Below, piece after piece: positions 9,586-19,866 of a stretch of DNA of 64,000 bases (position 1 is its first letter; each line of letters starts with the position of its first letter). The notes under the pieces were generated by a model. That model worked only from the letters and a program-made list of their open reading frames with translations. It had not been told where the DNA came from and did not search any database. The stretch is from NCBI GenBank assembly GCA_041665005.1, contig JBAYJR010000003.1, positions 17,102-81,101 on the forward strand. Reading direction: 5' to 3'. Source of the DNA: Candidatus Buchananbacteria bacterium (GTDB lineage Bacteria; Patescibacteriota; Patescibacteriia; 2-01-FULL-39-33; JBAYJR01). The translations under genes and the position numbers were made by a program.

Positions 9586-10152
9586 ATGAAAATGCTTCAG
9601 GAAAAAGAGGATTTCCTCAAAAATACAATCCGCAACGCCATTGCGGTTAATCCGCTTGTTTCAATTCGCAGGATGCAGGAGATTGTTGAGAGTAACACGG
9701 GCCGTTCAATCAGCGACAAGTACGTTTCTAAATTGATGCGTAAAATCAGACGCCAAGCGGTTATTCAATCGGATCGGAAACAGATGAACGAGCGACTCGC
9801 CGAGATTAGAGAACGATTCAGGGTACTCACTGACGATTTATTCAGAACAATTTACTGGAAACCGGACTTTATTAAACAGTATGGATTATCCTACCCATCC
9901 CAGAAAGAACGATTCGCGGCGATGAAACTACTCGCTCAACTGGACCTCGCGCTTTTTCATGCAGAACTGGACGCCGGAATGTTCGAAGATAGACAAAAAG
10001 CCATAGGAGATATACTCCAACAAGGAATGCTCCCAAATGAGCTGAGAGAGCAGGTTATAGGCGTATTCAGAACATGGAAAATGGCACCGATATACAAAGG
10101 GACTAAAGTATCTTCTAATTTATCAGTAATGCCACACACCGATGGCTCGTAA
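9586..10152 (+). CDS. Hypothetical protein, possible N-terminal HTH
   Basis: 188-aa ORF; SIRRMQEIV..SISDKYVSKLM. Confidence 0.65.
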   Translation: MKMLQEKEDFLKNTIRNAIAVNPLVSIRRMQEIVESNTGRSISDKYVSKLMRKIRRQAVIQSDRKQMNERLAEIRERFRVLTDDLFRTIYWKPDFIKQYGLSYPSQKERFAAMKLLAQLDLALFHAELDAGMFEDRQKAIGDILQQGMLPNELREQVIGVFRTWKMAPIYKGTKVSSNLSVMPHTDGS

Positions 10153-10306
10153 AAACATACCAACAAGCGGATATGATGCAATAGAGATAAGAGCTATGAT
10201 CACATCATCCAAAATGGAATTTCCAAAGAAGTGGAATAGGATCAAAAATATTACAAGCGTGAATAGCTTGTTGAGTATGGATCCGAGCTCACTATGGAAT
10301 GATCGT

Positions 10307-11767
10307 TTACTCATCGTCGTCTAATTCGTTTTTATCAAGTATCGTCAAATGTGGTTTAGCCCAATCCTCTCCATAAGCATCGCGTGTAATTTCTAAATGA
10401 GAAGGATCAGCCGCTTGTTCAATCGAATCCAGATATTGGAAGAACTCACTCTTGGTATTTGGGCTGAAAACTTTTACAGGATACCGGGACATATCAGTTT
10501 TAATCGGTTCTTCTTGTAAAAGCGCGGCCATACCGTTATCGATGAAAATCGCATCACAATACGGCAATAAGTTTGCTATGGCATTAACATCTGTGAACGT
10601 CCCTTTATTGGGCGGTTCCTTTTGTCCACTGGATGCTTTTCTGGCGATACCGGCGTAAAGCAACGAAGAAATACGCACTGACGGAATCTCCGTAACATAT
10701 TTGGATGAAAGATACTCGATGGCTTTTTTGATGGCATCTTCACCATCAATTCCTCGGCCGCGCAATGTTCGAATAAGGGCTTGAATAAGCTCGCTGGAAG
10801 GAGGTGGAAAAATGTCATTCAGGTCGATGTCCGGCTCTTTTCCCTGAAGATACTGATCGGCATACTTTTGTGGCAGCGCAGCCTGCTTTTTGAGGAACTT
10901 TAAATGAGCTAAAACAGTGCCTTTCCCAAAAGCATAGGCTTCTTCATTAACCCATTCCATGAAATTGCGTCCTCTCTCCTGTTGCCATCGCTGAAATACA
11001 CTTTTCATAGCTTCGTATTGGCTATTCCTTTCCTTGTGGACCGCTTCAAGCTGCCCATCATAGGGGCGCATGTTTACACTAACTCGCATTCTTCCAAGCC
11101 ATTCATGGAGACGACCGTGCACGATGTTGTCGACTTTAAGCTCGAGCGGCTTATCCGGCACATCATTCAAATAATTTTCAAAATGCTCCTGCACTTGAAA
11201 ACGTAGGATTGTATGATGATCGTAAAAAGTACACCCACTGGAAAGTCTTTCATAGACCTTCTTTAGCGACTTATATGGTGGGTCACCAGATAAGAGTGAT
11301 TCATCCGTGTGAAATGTAGAGTCAGGACAAACCACAAGATTCAACATCAGCAACCGATCGAGTTTTTTATATGCTTCAAGCCAAAATGGTTGAGCAATAA
11401 CCTTCTCATGACTACGAGCTGTTTTATCGAGTGCCTTCGTCATATTGCTGATAAGAAATTGGTCAAGATAGATGATTTTCTTTTTGATTTCGGGTAGAGA
11501 AAAACCTTGCTGATGCCAGCAAGTAGTACATTCACGCGAATATCCATTCCCGCCGGTTCCCACAAATACACCAAATGTCTCCTTCCCGCATTTTGGGCAC
11601 GTCTTATATGGACCAGAAATAAAATCTGCACGGGTGATGTGCTTTACGCGTTCTTCAAGTTGAGCCCTACGTTCATCTTTGGCGAGGCAACATTTCTTGT
11701 ATTTTTTTCCACTGCCACAGGAACAAGGGTCATTTCTTCCAACTTTAGTCATAGGATTCCGATTCAA
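10307..11767 (-). CDS. SEC-C motif + Zn-ribbon + PIN-like domain protein
   Basis: VGRNDPCSCGSGKKYKKCC; CPKC..ECTTC; IIYLDQF and FTDVNAI..PYCDAIFID. Confidence 0.75.
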   Translation of the reverse strand: MNRNPMTKVGRNDPCSCGSGKKYKKCCLAKDERRAQLEERVKHITRADFISGPYKTCPKCGKETFGVFVGTGGNGYSRECTTCWHQQGFSLPEIKKKIIYLDQFLISNMTKALDKTARSHEKVIAQPFWLEAYKKLDRLLMLNLVVCPDSTFHTDESLLSGDPPYKSLKKVYERLSSGCTFYDHHTILRFQVQEHFENYLNDVPDKPLELKVDNIVHGRLHEWLGRMRVSVNMRPYDGQLEAVHKERNSQYEAMKSVFQRWQQERGRNFMEWVNEEAYAFGKGTVLAHLKFLKKQAALPQKYADQYLQGKEPDIDLNDIFPPPSSELIQALIRTLRGRGIDGEDAIKKAIEYLSSKYVTEIPSVRISSLLYAGIARKASSGQKEPPNKGTFTDVNAIANLLPYCDAIFIDNGMAALLQEEPIKTDMSRYPVKVFSPNTKSEFFQYLDSIEQAADPSHLEITRDAYGEDWAKPHLTILDKNELDDDE

Positions 11768-11843
11768 CTACACGATACTTTTATTGCGTAATTATATGTC
11801 CACAAATTTGCACTGTCAACAAAAGTAAAGTATAATAAATTCC

Positions 11844-12020
11844 ATGACATTGAAAGACGAATTTTATACGGCCGAAGAACTGGCGACAAAGCTGAAGCTT
11901 AACGTCATGACGATTTACCGGTATATTAAGGCCGGTAAATTAAAAGCGCTCAAAATTGGCAAAGAATACCGCATCAATCGAGCCGAATTTGCGAAGTTTC
12001 TTAATAAATCAAAACTATAA
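11844..12020 (+). CDS. Excisionase-type HTH DNA-binding protein (58 aa, missed by the ORF track)
   Basis: MTLKDEFYTAEELATKLKLNVMTIYRYIKAGKLKALKIGKEYRINRAEFAKFL. Confidence 0.85.
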   Translation: MTLKDEFYTAEELATKLKLNVMTIYRYIKAGKLKALKIGKEYRINRAEFAKFLNKSKL

Positions 12021-12023
12021 TTT

Positions 12024-12692
12024 ATGATCAAGCTTAAATTACTTCCACCAGAAGACATAAAAAATAAAGCGATATGGTTTCAGAAATTTCGGAACGAGTG
12101 CAAGGCATATCTTGCCAAGCACGGAATTGACTACGACAAATTTACCATAGTCGAACACGACGGTTACATTGGCTTCATCTCCGAATGGGTTCTCTCTCAG
12201 TACATACGTGACGAGTTTCACGATGCAATCAAGGAGTGTTCTCCATGGGAGGACAAATTCGATCTTAAGCGAATCGAAAGAATTATAGAAAAAAATTCCA
12301 TGGACGAGGGAGATGTAGCATACGTAAAAGAGTATTTCTACGACAGCTGGGATCTAATGGTTGCTACCAAAGAAGTCGCTTATAGATGTGACATAAAGAC
12401 GGCCCTAACCAAGAAAGAGCCACAACTAAACTGGAATTTTCTCTATCCCATAATTCAAGCAGAAAAATCGGGCAAAGACCTAATGATACTCATCTATTAC
12501 ATCTATGAGGGGGATGATTTTCACAATCTGACTGGTGAGGTATTGATAGGCGCAACAACATACGATGCGATAAAAAAGTGCCCCGTCTTGAAGAAAGGAG
12601 ATACCAGTAAATTCGGGACGAAAAGTCAAGCAGACAATTACGTAACTGAGCTGTCGCGTGACTACTCTGAATTAAGTAAATTCATTCACTGA
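12024..12692 (+). CDS. Putative PD-(D/E)XK restriction-like endonuclease
   Basis: GFISE..SWDL..RCDIKT arrangement; directly upstream of the MTase. Confidence 0.55.
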   Translation: MIKLKLLPPEDIKNKAIWFQKFRNECKAYLAKHGIDYDKFTIVEHDGYIGFISEWVLSQYIRDEFHDAIKECSPWEDKFDLKRIERIIEKNSMDEGDVAYVKEYFYDSWDLMVATKEVAYRCDIKTALTKKEPQLNWNFLYPIIQAEKSGKDLMILIYYIYEGDDFHNLTGEVLIGATTYDAIKKCPVLKKGDTSKFGTKSQADNYVTELSRDYSELSKFIH

Positions 12693-12694
12693 AC

Positions 12695-14368
12695 ATGAAA
12701 AGGAAAATAAACTACGACAATTGGTCAAAAGAGGAGCTGATTAAAGAACTACGCCGCATTAAAGAAACTAAGTACGGCCTTGTTTGGCATCGCGATTTGC
12801 CGGAAGAAAAGATCGACATATTGATCAATCCCGATGCCCGCACGCCCAGCGAGATGTTCCCGAACGAAATGGCGGGCCGGCCATTCCCTGTCCTAAAAGA
12901 GGTTAAGAACCGCGCCATCGAATCCGACGGCTCGAAGCCGGTTAATCTACTCATCGAGGGCGACAACTACCACTCACTCGCCGTTCTGAACTTCACACAC
13001 CAAGAAGCAATTGATGTTATCTATATTGATCCACCATACAACACTGGGAATAACGATTTTATCTATAGGGATAAATTTGAAAGTGACTATGTGAAAAATG
13101 ATGATCCTTTTCGGCATAGTAAGTGGATCTCTTTTATGGAACGACGGCTGAAGTTAGCGAAAAATCTATTGTCAAAAAAGGGAGCAATTTTCATAAGCAT
13201 TGATGACAATGAGTATGGGCCATTAAAGCTATTGTGTGACGAGCTTTTGGGGGAAGTGAACTTCTTGGGAACTATAGTAAGAAGACGCAGAGGTTCGCAA
13301 GCGAATTTATCAAAGAACATTTCCACGATACATGAGTATGTTCTCTGTTACGCCAAAGGCAGAGAGACACAATTAAATCGACTGACGTTTGAAGCGAAAA
13401 TAGATGACTTCAAAAATCCAGACAAAGATTCACGGGGCCCTTATGTAACAATGCCCTGCACAAATAAAGGTGGTGCAAAATATACAATTACTACTCCTAC
13501 TGGCAAAAAACATACTGACGAATGGCGATTTAAGGAAGAAACATATCTGGAATTGTTAAAAGATAGCCGAATTGTTTTTCCCAAAAAAGGCGATGGCAAA
13601 CCTCGATACAAACTTTTCTTAAAAGAAAAGGAAGGGAGTGGCGTGATCGCCAGTACTTGGTGGGACGATGCCGCTACCAACCAAGAAGCGACGTCGGAGT
13701 TAAAGGCCTTGTTTGGAGGAGAGTTGGTATTCAACAACCCCAAACCCGTTGGTTTAATAAAGCGAATCATAGCATTGGCATCAGATAAAAATTCAACGAT
13801 TCTCGATTTCATGGCCGGATCAGGAACGACTGGACACGCTGTTATGGAACTCAACAAAGAAGATGGCGGCCAGCGGCAATTTATCCTCTGTACTAACAAC
13901 GAAAACAACATTTGTACCGATGTGTGTTATCCCAGAATCAAAAAGGTTATCGAGGGTTACAAAAACTTGAAGAAAGAAAAAGTGGATGGATTGGGAGGCA
14001 ACCTGAGATACTACACTTGCGACTTTGTCGAAGCTAAGCCGACCGATCTCTGTAAACGCAAGCTCGTAAATGAATGCACCGAGATGCTCTGCATCCATGA
14101 AAATACCTTCGAGCTGGTACAAGATGATAAGGACTTCAAAATCTTCAGAAACGGCGACCGATACCTTGGTATTGTATTCTACGAAGACGCAATTGATGAC
14201 TTCAAAAAAGCGATCGTGAAAATTAAAGGTCACTGCAATGCATACATTTTCTCGATGACCGACGATCCAAACAAGAGTCAGTTTGCCGATGTCGCCAGCA
14301 AGGTGACACTGTGTGCCATACCTGAAGTGATCCTGAAGGTTTATCGGGAAATCTTCAAAGAGCAATAA
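12695..14368 (+). CDS. mod: Type III R-M methyltransferase (Mod)
   Basis: YGLVW, NLLIEGDN, IDPPYNTG, LDFMAGSGTTGHA (beta-class order). Confidence 0.92.
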   Translation: MKRKINYDNWSKEELIKELRRIKETKYGLVWHRDLPEEKIDILINPDARTPSEMFPNEMAGRPFPVLKEVKNRAIESDGSKPVNLLIEGDNYHSLAVLNFTHQEAIDVIYIDPPYNTGNNDFIYRDKFESDYVKNDDPFRHSKWISFMERRLKLAKNLLSKKGAIFISIDDNEYGPLKLLCDELLGEVNFLGTIVRRRRGSQANLSKNISTIHEYVLCYAKGRETQLNRLTFEAKIDDFKNPDKDSRGPYVTMPCTNKGGAKYTITTPTGKKHTDEWRFKEETYLELLKDSRIVFPKKGDGKPRYKLFLKEKEGSGVIASTWWDDAATNQEATSELKALFGGELVFNNPKPVGLIKRIIALASDKNSTILDFMAGSGTTGHAVMELNKEDGGQRQFILCTNNENNICTDVCYPRIKKVIEGYKNLKKEKVDGLGGNLRYYTCDFVEAKPTDLCKRKLVNECTEMLCIHENTFELVQDDKDFKIFRNGDRYLGIVFYEDAIDDFKKAIVKIKGHCNAYIFSMTDDPNKSQFADVASKVTLCAIPEVILKVYREIFKEQ

Positions 14369-14369
14369 T

Positions 14370-16607
14370 ATGACAAACGTCGAACTCAAAAATTATCAAG
14401 AAAAAGCAGTTGCGGATATCCGCGACAAAGGAAACCGGCTGTTCGAAAAGGACGGCAGCCGCATTTTGGTATTCAAGGCCCCGACTGGCTCGGGCAAAAC
14501 GCTCATGATGGCTGAATGGATGATGCGACTATGTGATCCATTCTCACGCACCGATGGCAAGAAGTTCTCCTTCATTTGGATCGCAGTCAATAAACTCCAC
14601 GACCAAAGCCATAACAACCTGAAGAAGTTCTATGCGAAAGAAGGGCTTGGTCTCCGGTGCTCATATTTTGAGGATTTGGAGGAGAGGCAGATCAAGCAGA
14701 ACGAAATTCTATTTCTCAACTGGGCAAGTATTAACAAGGAAGGAAACATATACATTCGCGCCAACGAACGTGATAACAACATTTCGAACGTCATTGAGCG
14801 GACAAAAGAAGCTGGCCGCACGGTCGTGCTCATCATCGATGAAAGCCATCACACTGCCAAAAGTGACAATTCACGTGAACTTATTGATGGCATCGGCCCG
14901 AAGCTCACTGTCGAAGTGTCAGCTACGCCTCAGCTCACCAATTTCGTAGACGAAATCGTGACCGTCGAGCTTGCTGACGTAAAAGACGAAGGCATGATCA
15001 AACGAGAGATAACCATCAATCCGGGCTTCGAAAGCTACAAGTTCGACAAGAAAATCAAAGACAAGGCAGCCGATGAGATCGTGATCGAAGCGGCGCTCAA
15101 GGCGCGCGCTGGACTCGTGAAAGCGCTCGCCGCAGAGGGATCGAGCGTCAACCCGCTCCTTCTCATCCAGCTACCGGATGCTCGCAAGGGACTGATCGAT
15201 AAAAAAGACATCGTGATTCAAATCCTCGCAAAATACGGCATCACAACAAAGAATGGCAAACTCGCGATCTACCTTTCGGAAAAAGACAATAAGATCAATC
15301 TTGAAAACATCGAAAAGAACGAGAACGAAGTGGAAGTGATGATCTTCAAACAAGCGATTGCGCTTGGCTGGGATTGCCCACGTGCTTCAATTCTCGTTCT
15401 CTTCCGCGAATGGAAAAGCATGGTGTTCTCCATTCAAACGGTGGGCCGGATTATGCGTATGCCGGAGCACCGCCACTACAAGGACCCGGCACTGAACATC
15501 GGGTATGTCTACACCAGCTTGAGCGACATCACCATCGCTGAGGACATCGCCAAGGAATACGTGACGGTCTACTACGGACGCCGTCGCGACGATTATAAAA
15601 ACATTGATTTCGCCTCCTATCACTCGAAACGCTTCCGCGAGGAAACGCGTTTGTCGGCCGACTTTGTGCCGATCTTCTTCACTGCCGCAGACGAACAGAA
15701 ACTTAAAACCAAAATCTCGCTCAAGCACAGCATCGTAGATACAAAGCTTATAGCGAGTGGCCGGATCACAGATGTGGACAAGGAAGCTAAGAGTATCGAG
15801 AAAAAAGGAACGCTGGATATACCAAAAACAGAAACCGAACTGCAGGCCGCGTTCGACAATTTCGCACGTGAGAATCTTGCGCCATTCGCGCCGGAGCTCC
15901 GATCGCTCAAACGAATCAATGACTCAATCTACAGATTCTTCGATAAGGCGTTCAAGATGGGACTCGATGACTGGCCAAAAATTCAAGCCATCGTGCTTGC
16001 AGAAGAAAACCGACAGGCCCTCGTTGACGTCATCAATCGCGCAAAAGAGCTGTATCAAGAAGCGGTCGGCAAGGGTAAGCATGAGGTAGTGCAAAACGAT
16101 GAGCCGTGGAACGTGCCGGAGGAAATTCGCTACAACATCACATTCACAAAAAAAGACTATAAAAAATCCGTCATCCAACCCTACTACGCAAAAACACAAG
16201 GCGACAGCTCGATAACGGACTTTGAGGAAGATAGCGCGGTCGAGGTTTCATTTATCGACACACTCGAGAAGGCAAAAAAGGTGAAGTGGTGGTTTAAGAA
16301 TGGCAGTAAGGATGGATCGTATTTCGCCGTGCCTTATACCGAGAATGGAATGCAAAAAGCATTCTACGTAGACTTCATTGTCATGCTGACTGACGGATCA
16401 ATTGGCCTTTTCGATACCAAGGGCGGCATCTACGCGCAAACCGCAAAGGATCGTGCCGAGGGACTTGCCGCATACCTCGCCAAAAGCAAGAAGCTTTTCG
16501 GCGGCATTGTCGTCAAAGATAAAAACAGCTGGCGTTATAACGACAATAATAAATACAACTATGATCAGAACAATCTCAAGGATTGGAAGTTCTTGGACAT
16601 AAGCTAA
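14370..16607 (+). CDS. res: Type III R-M restriction subunit (Res)
   Basis: APTGSGKT, IIDESHH, SAT, LGWDCPRA, QTVGRIMR; C-terminal FYVDFIV..FDTKG nuclease. Confidence 0.9.
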   Translation: MTNVELKNYQEKAVADIRDKGNRLFEKDGSRILVFKAPTGSGKTLMMAEWMMRLCDPFSRTDGKKFSFIWIAVNKLHDQSHNNLKKFYAKEGLGLRCSYFEDLEERQIKQNEILFLNWASINKEGNIYIRANERDNNISNVIERTKEAGRTVVLIIDESHHTAKSDNSRELIDGIGPKLTVEVSATPQLTNFVDEIVTVELADVKDEGMIKREITINPGFESYKFDKKIKDKAADEIVIEAALKARAGLVKALAAEGSSVNPLLLIQLPDARKGLIDKKDIVIQILAKYGITTKNGKLAIYLSEKDNKINLENIEKNENEVEVMIFKQAIALGWDCPRASILVLFREWKSMVFSIQTVGRIMRMPEHRHYKDPALNIGYVYTSLSDITIAEDIAKEYVTVYYGRRRDDYKNIDFASYHSKRFREETRLSADFVPIFFTAADEQKLKTKISLKHSIVDTKLIASGRITDVDKEAKSIEKKGTLDIPKTETELQAAFDNFARENLAPFAPELRSLKRINDSIYRFFDKAFKMGLDDWPKIQAIVLAEENRQALVDVINRAKELYQEAVGKGKHEVVQNDEPWNVPEEIRYNITFTKKDYKKSVIQPYYAKTQGDSSITDFEEDSAVEVSFIDTLEKAKKVKWWFKNGSKDGSYFAVPYTENGMQKAFYVDFIVMLTDGSIGLFDTKGGIYAQTAKDRAEGLAAYLAKSKKLFGGIVVKDKNSWRYNDNNKYNYDQNNLKDWKFLDIS

Positions 16608-16789
16608 GCACCAGAATCGCGTTAGACAAAAAAATTGGAGCCCCCAGAGGAGTTGTGGCAAGATTCGGAGATTGATAGGGACTTCTGGCTAAAAGCGCAA
16701 CCCTGAGAGCCACAGCAAGAACCATGAGCAATTAAGTAGATTTATTCATATGAATACGGCATAATAGAAATCGACAATTGAATATCAAA

Positions 16790-16978
16790 GGACCTAACCC
16801 TTTCGGATTAACCCGGGAGGTATGGTCGAAAATCGCATGACTGCAAAGATCCCATCATCAGGATCGCAGTCATGCGTTATGCGGGGAAACTCGCATATGA
16901 GCCGCAAGGCTCTACCTGGTGGTGGGTTTTTTGCAAAAAAGACCCGGTCAAACACCAGGTTAAGTAATTAACTTAACC
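16790..16978 (+). ncRNA. Multi-hairpin RNA / structured 5' leader of the thermonuclease gene
   Basis: Consecutive stems with GAAA and GCAA tetraloops; alternative pairings. Confidence 0.6.
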
Positions 16979-16985
16979 AACGACT

Positions 16986-18050
16986 ATGATCAGAAAAATA
17001 AGCTGGATCTTCTCGATACTGTTTGGACTCGTGGGCATCGCCTCTTTAGCGAAAACTCCCATATTCGGACTTCTCACGCTCGTACTTGCGATCGTCATCT
17101 TTCCAAAAACAAAAGAGTTCATCAAAAATAAATTCGGCTATATTCTATCGCGCAAATTAAAAATAGGAATTGCTATTGTGTTATTCATCGGGATGGTGAT
17201 AGCCCTTCCCGGAACCAAAGTCACACCAGCAGTAGAAAATCAACAATCAACTCTGCAACAGGCCAACGAACAGGCGGCCGCCACTACTTCTCCGGAGGCT
17301 ACGACTCAACCTCAGTCCGATTCGATTTCCACTCCCCAAACTCAAGTCGCCGACGGCCAACAAAACAATCCGGCGCCTACTCCGACTCAAGCGCAACCAT
17401 CTGGCCTCGTAAAAGTCGTGTCAGTAACCGATGGCGATACAATCAAAGTATCAATAAACGGTACTACACAAACAATCAGAATGATCGGCATGGATACACC
17501 GGAGACGGTTGATCCGAGGAAGCCAGTCCAGTGTTTCGGCAAAGAAGCATCAAACAAAACAAAAGCTACATTGTTGAATCAGATGGTTCGATTAGAGTCC
17601 GATCCAACGCAGGGAGATTTGGATAAATACCAAAGACTGCTCAGATATGTCTTTCTGTCCGACGGCACCAACTTCGAGAAATCCATGATCGAACAGGGAT
17701 ACGCTTACGAATACACGTATAATATTCCATACAAGTATCAAGCCGAATTCAAGGCCGCACAGAAAGATGCCCAACAGAACCAGCGCGGACTGTGGAGTCC
17801 GACAACCTGCAATGGTACGACGAGTCCAACTTCGGGAACGACTCAGCCGACACCAACTCCAACAGCACAACCAGCTCAGACAAGTGGCCACACATTTTAT
17901 TTGAGCAGTTATAAGACGGCAAAGTACTACTACTGCGATACCGATGACGGCTGGAAAGGACTCACTCCAGAATACCTGAAGTCATATCCATCAGAACAAG
18001 CACTGCTCAAAGACTATCCTTCGAGGACACTACACGAAGCGTGCAAATAA
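16986..18050 (+). CDS. Membrane-anchored thermonuclease (SNase family)
   Basis: 3 TM, P/T/Q-rich linker, VTDGDTI, IRMIGMDTPET, DKYQRLLRYV, RGLW. Confidence 0.92.
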   Translation: MIRKISWIFSILFGLVGIASLAKTPIFGLLTLVLAIVIFPKTKEFIKNKFGYILSRKLKIGIAIVLFIGMVIALPGTKVTPAVENQQSTLQQANEQAAATTSPEATTQPQSDSISTPQTQVADGQQNNPAPTPTQAQPSGLVKVVSVTDGDTIKVSINGTTQTIRMIGMDTPETVDPRKPVQCFGKEASNKTKATLLNQMVRLESDPTQGDLDKYQRLLRYVFLSDGTNFEKSMIEQGYAYEYTYNIPYKYQAEFKAAQKDAQQNQRGLWSPTTCNGTTSPTSGTTQPTPTPTAQPAQTSGHTFYLSSYKTAKYYYCDTDDGWKGLTPEYLKSYPSEQALLKDYPSRTLHEACK

Positions 18051-18146
18051 AAAGTGACCCTATATTTTCTTTGATTTTAGGCCGTTTTTTCGGTATCATG
18101 ATATTACAACAGTGTTAGATTAACATGACTATTAACCTAAATTATT

Positions 18147-18965
18147 ATGATGCTCGAGGAAGAATTCAACAAAGATATCTGGTCTCTTTTGCAGGAGATT
18201 AAGAGCAAAATTTTGCGTGCGTCCCAGGGGTCGGATGTTGAATTTCTTAAACCTGCAACTGAACGGTTATCGCTTTTTAGTAAATTAAAGGAATGGGGCG
18301 TAACTGATGATGATTGGGTATTTGCTAAAGACTACGTAGGGCTTGAGAAATTGATTTTAACCGTCCATCAACCGGAGTTTGATCAACTCTACGACAAATT
18401 TAAATACGAATTTTCTCCCAAAATACAAATTTTGGAAAGAGAAATTATTAGAGAAAGACCAGAGCAAGAGAAGATTACTAAAAACAAATTCCCCTATAGG
18501 TTGCCGTCAGGCACAATATGGGCAAATGTTACCATCAAATTTTTAGACGATGAAAATATATTCATCCAAGTTGGGCGCTTCAAGCACAGCACCAACTATA
18601 AAGAAATGGGGTTTGTTGGCAAAGGCAATAACCCTAATCCAAGTGAGGGGTGGGTATTTCTAAGGGTGTTAGCAAGGGTACATGGCGAGCTAACCCTAAA
18701 AGACCCTGAGGCAAGAGATAAGTATAAAAAACAAAAGGAATTATTAACAAAATCACTTCAAGATTATTTTTCTATAGACTATGATCCATTTTTTCCATAC
18801 CGCTCTTCTACAGAGAAACATGGCAATTCCTATCAAATTAAAATAACCTTAATTCCATCATTGTCAGACCAAAACGAAAAAGGGCCTGTTGATGATGACA
18901 ATGATGGGCTCGGCGTAAAAGAGTACTTAGATAGCCAAACCAAACAGGTATACGAGGAAGAATAG
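18147..18965 (+). CDS. Hypothetical protein
   Basis: 272-aa ORF followed by terminator AAACTCCCCA/TGGGGAGTTT. Confidence 0.7.
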   Translation: MMLEEEFNKDIWSLLQEIKSKILRASQGSDVEFLKPATERLSLFSKLKEWGVTDDDWVFAKDYVGLEKLILTVHQPEFDQLYDKFKYEFSPKIQILEREIIRERPEQEKITKNKFPYRLPSGTIWANVTIKFLDDENIFIQVGRFKHSTNYKEMGFVGKGNNPNPSEGWVFLRVLARVHGELTLKDPEARDKYKKQKELLTKSLQDYFSIDYDPFFPYRSSTEKHGNSYQIKITLIPSLSDQNEKGPVDDDNDGLGVKEYLDSQTKQVYEEE

Positions 18966-19102
18966 CGAAACTCGCCTATAGCGCTTGAATAAATAAGAAG
19001 ACCTAAACTCCCCACAAAATGGGGAGTTTTTACATTTTTTCATTTTCAGCGTGAAATTCGCCATCTATGAGTAGACGAAGGTAATTAACCTAACTAAATT
19101 AT

Positions 19103-19381
19103 ATGACCAAAATATTAGCAGACCAGGAATTAGACAGTTTTGACGATCAGGTAAGGTTTTTTAATACGTTTGATTTAGGCGCCGCCGCATCACTTGCTAC
19201 GGCGGGTTTTGAGTTGATCACTTTAGATAAGTCAAACCCTCGCAAAGTTCAATTCGTCTTTTGCCGGACAAACGGCATCGAAAAGGTCGTGGACGATTAT
19301 TGGGCCGACAAGTTGGAGGTCAAAGCGAGGTCGTTTTTTGACAACGTAAAAATGTTAAAAAATCGTATTTATAGCGAATAA
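19103..19381 (+). CDS. DUF5659-like small protein
   Basis: FNTFDLGAAASL..GFELITLDKSNPRKVQFVF pattern (recalled family). Confidence 0.65.
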   Translation: MTKILADQELDSFDDQVRFFNTFDLGAAASLATAGFELITLDKSNPRKVQFVFCRTNGIEKVVDDYWADKLEVKARSFFDNVKMLKNRIYSE

Positions 19382-19386
19382 ATTAT

Positions 19387-19671
19387 ATGAACCAAAATAA
19401 CGAAGAAAATAAGATTGACGATGGGGACTTGATAATCATTACGGTGGAGATTTCAAAGGAAGAAATACAATCGTTAGCCAGTGGCAACTTCGGCAGAGAA
19501 CTCACCGACATTGAAATCAACAGGATTAAAGAATGCTGGTATGACTCTGACGCTGTTTTTGATAATAGGTGTGGTTTAATTTTGGCCGCAATCGAAGATG
19601 CAACAGATGAGAAAAATGGTTGGTGGAATCAAGTAGATAAAGATTTTATAGATCAGCAGAAAAGTAAGTAG
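19387..19671 (+). CDS. Acidic hypothetical protein
   Basis: 94-aa ORF in operon. Confidence 0.6.
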   Translation: MNQNNEENKIDDGDLIIITVEISKEEIQSLASGNFGRELTDIEINRIKECWYDSDAVFDNRCGLILAAIEDATDEKNGWWNQVDKDFIDQQKSK

Positions 19672-19686
19672 CCGAATACTAAAGCC

Positions 19687-19866
19687 ATGTCAGAAAAAAG
19701 AGAATTACAAATAAAAATAGCAACGCAAGTAATACCCGAGGACGTTTCAGATCGGACACTATTCGCATTGTTTGATTTTCTTTTGACTGACAAAACGCAA
19801 CAAGGCAAAGATGAAAAGGTCGAGCCGATATTAGCAACAACTACTGATTATGAAAACAAAATATAG
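19687..19866 (+). CDS. Small hypothetical protein (59 aa, missed by the ORF track)
   Basis: MSEKRELQIKIATQVIPEDVSDRTLFALFDFLL..; fills operon gap and overlaps rep start. Confidence 0.5.
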   Translation: MSEKRELQIKIATQVIPEDVSDRTLFALFDFLLTDKTQQGKDEKVEPILATTTDYENKI

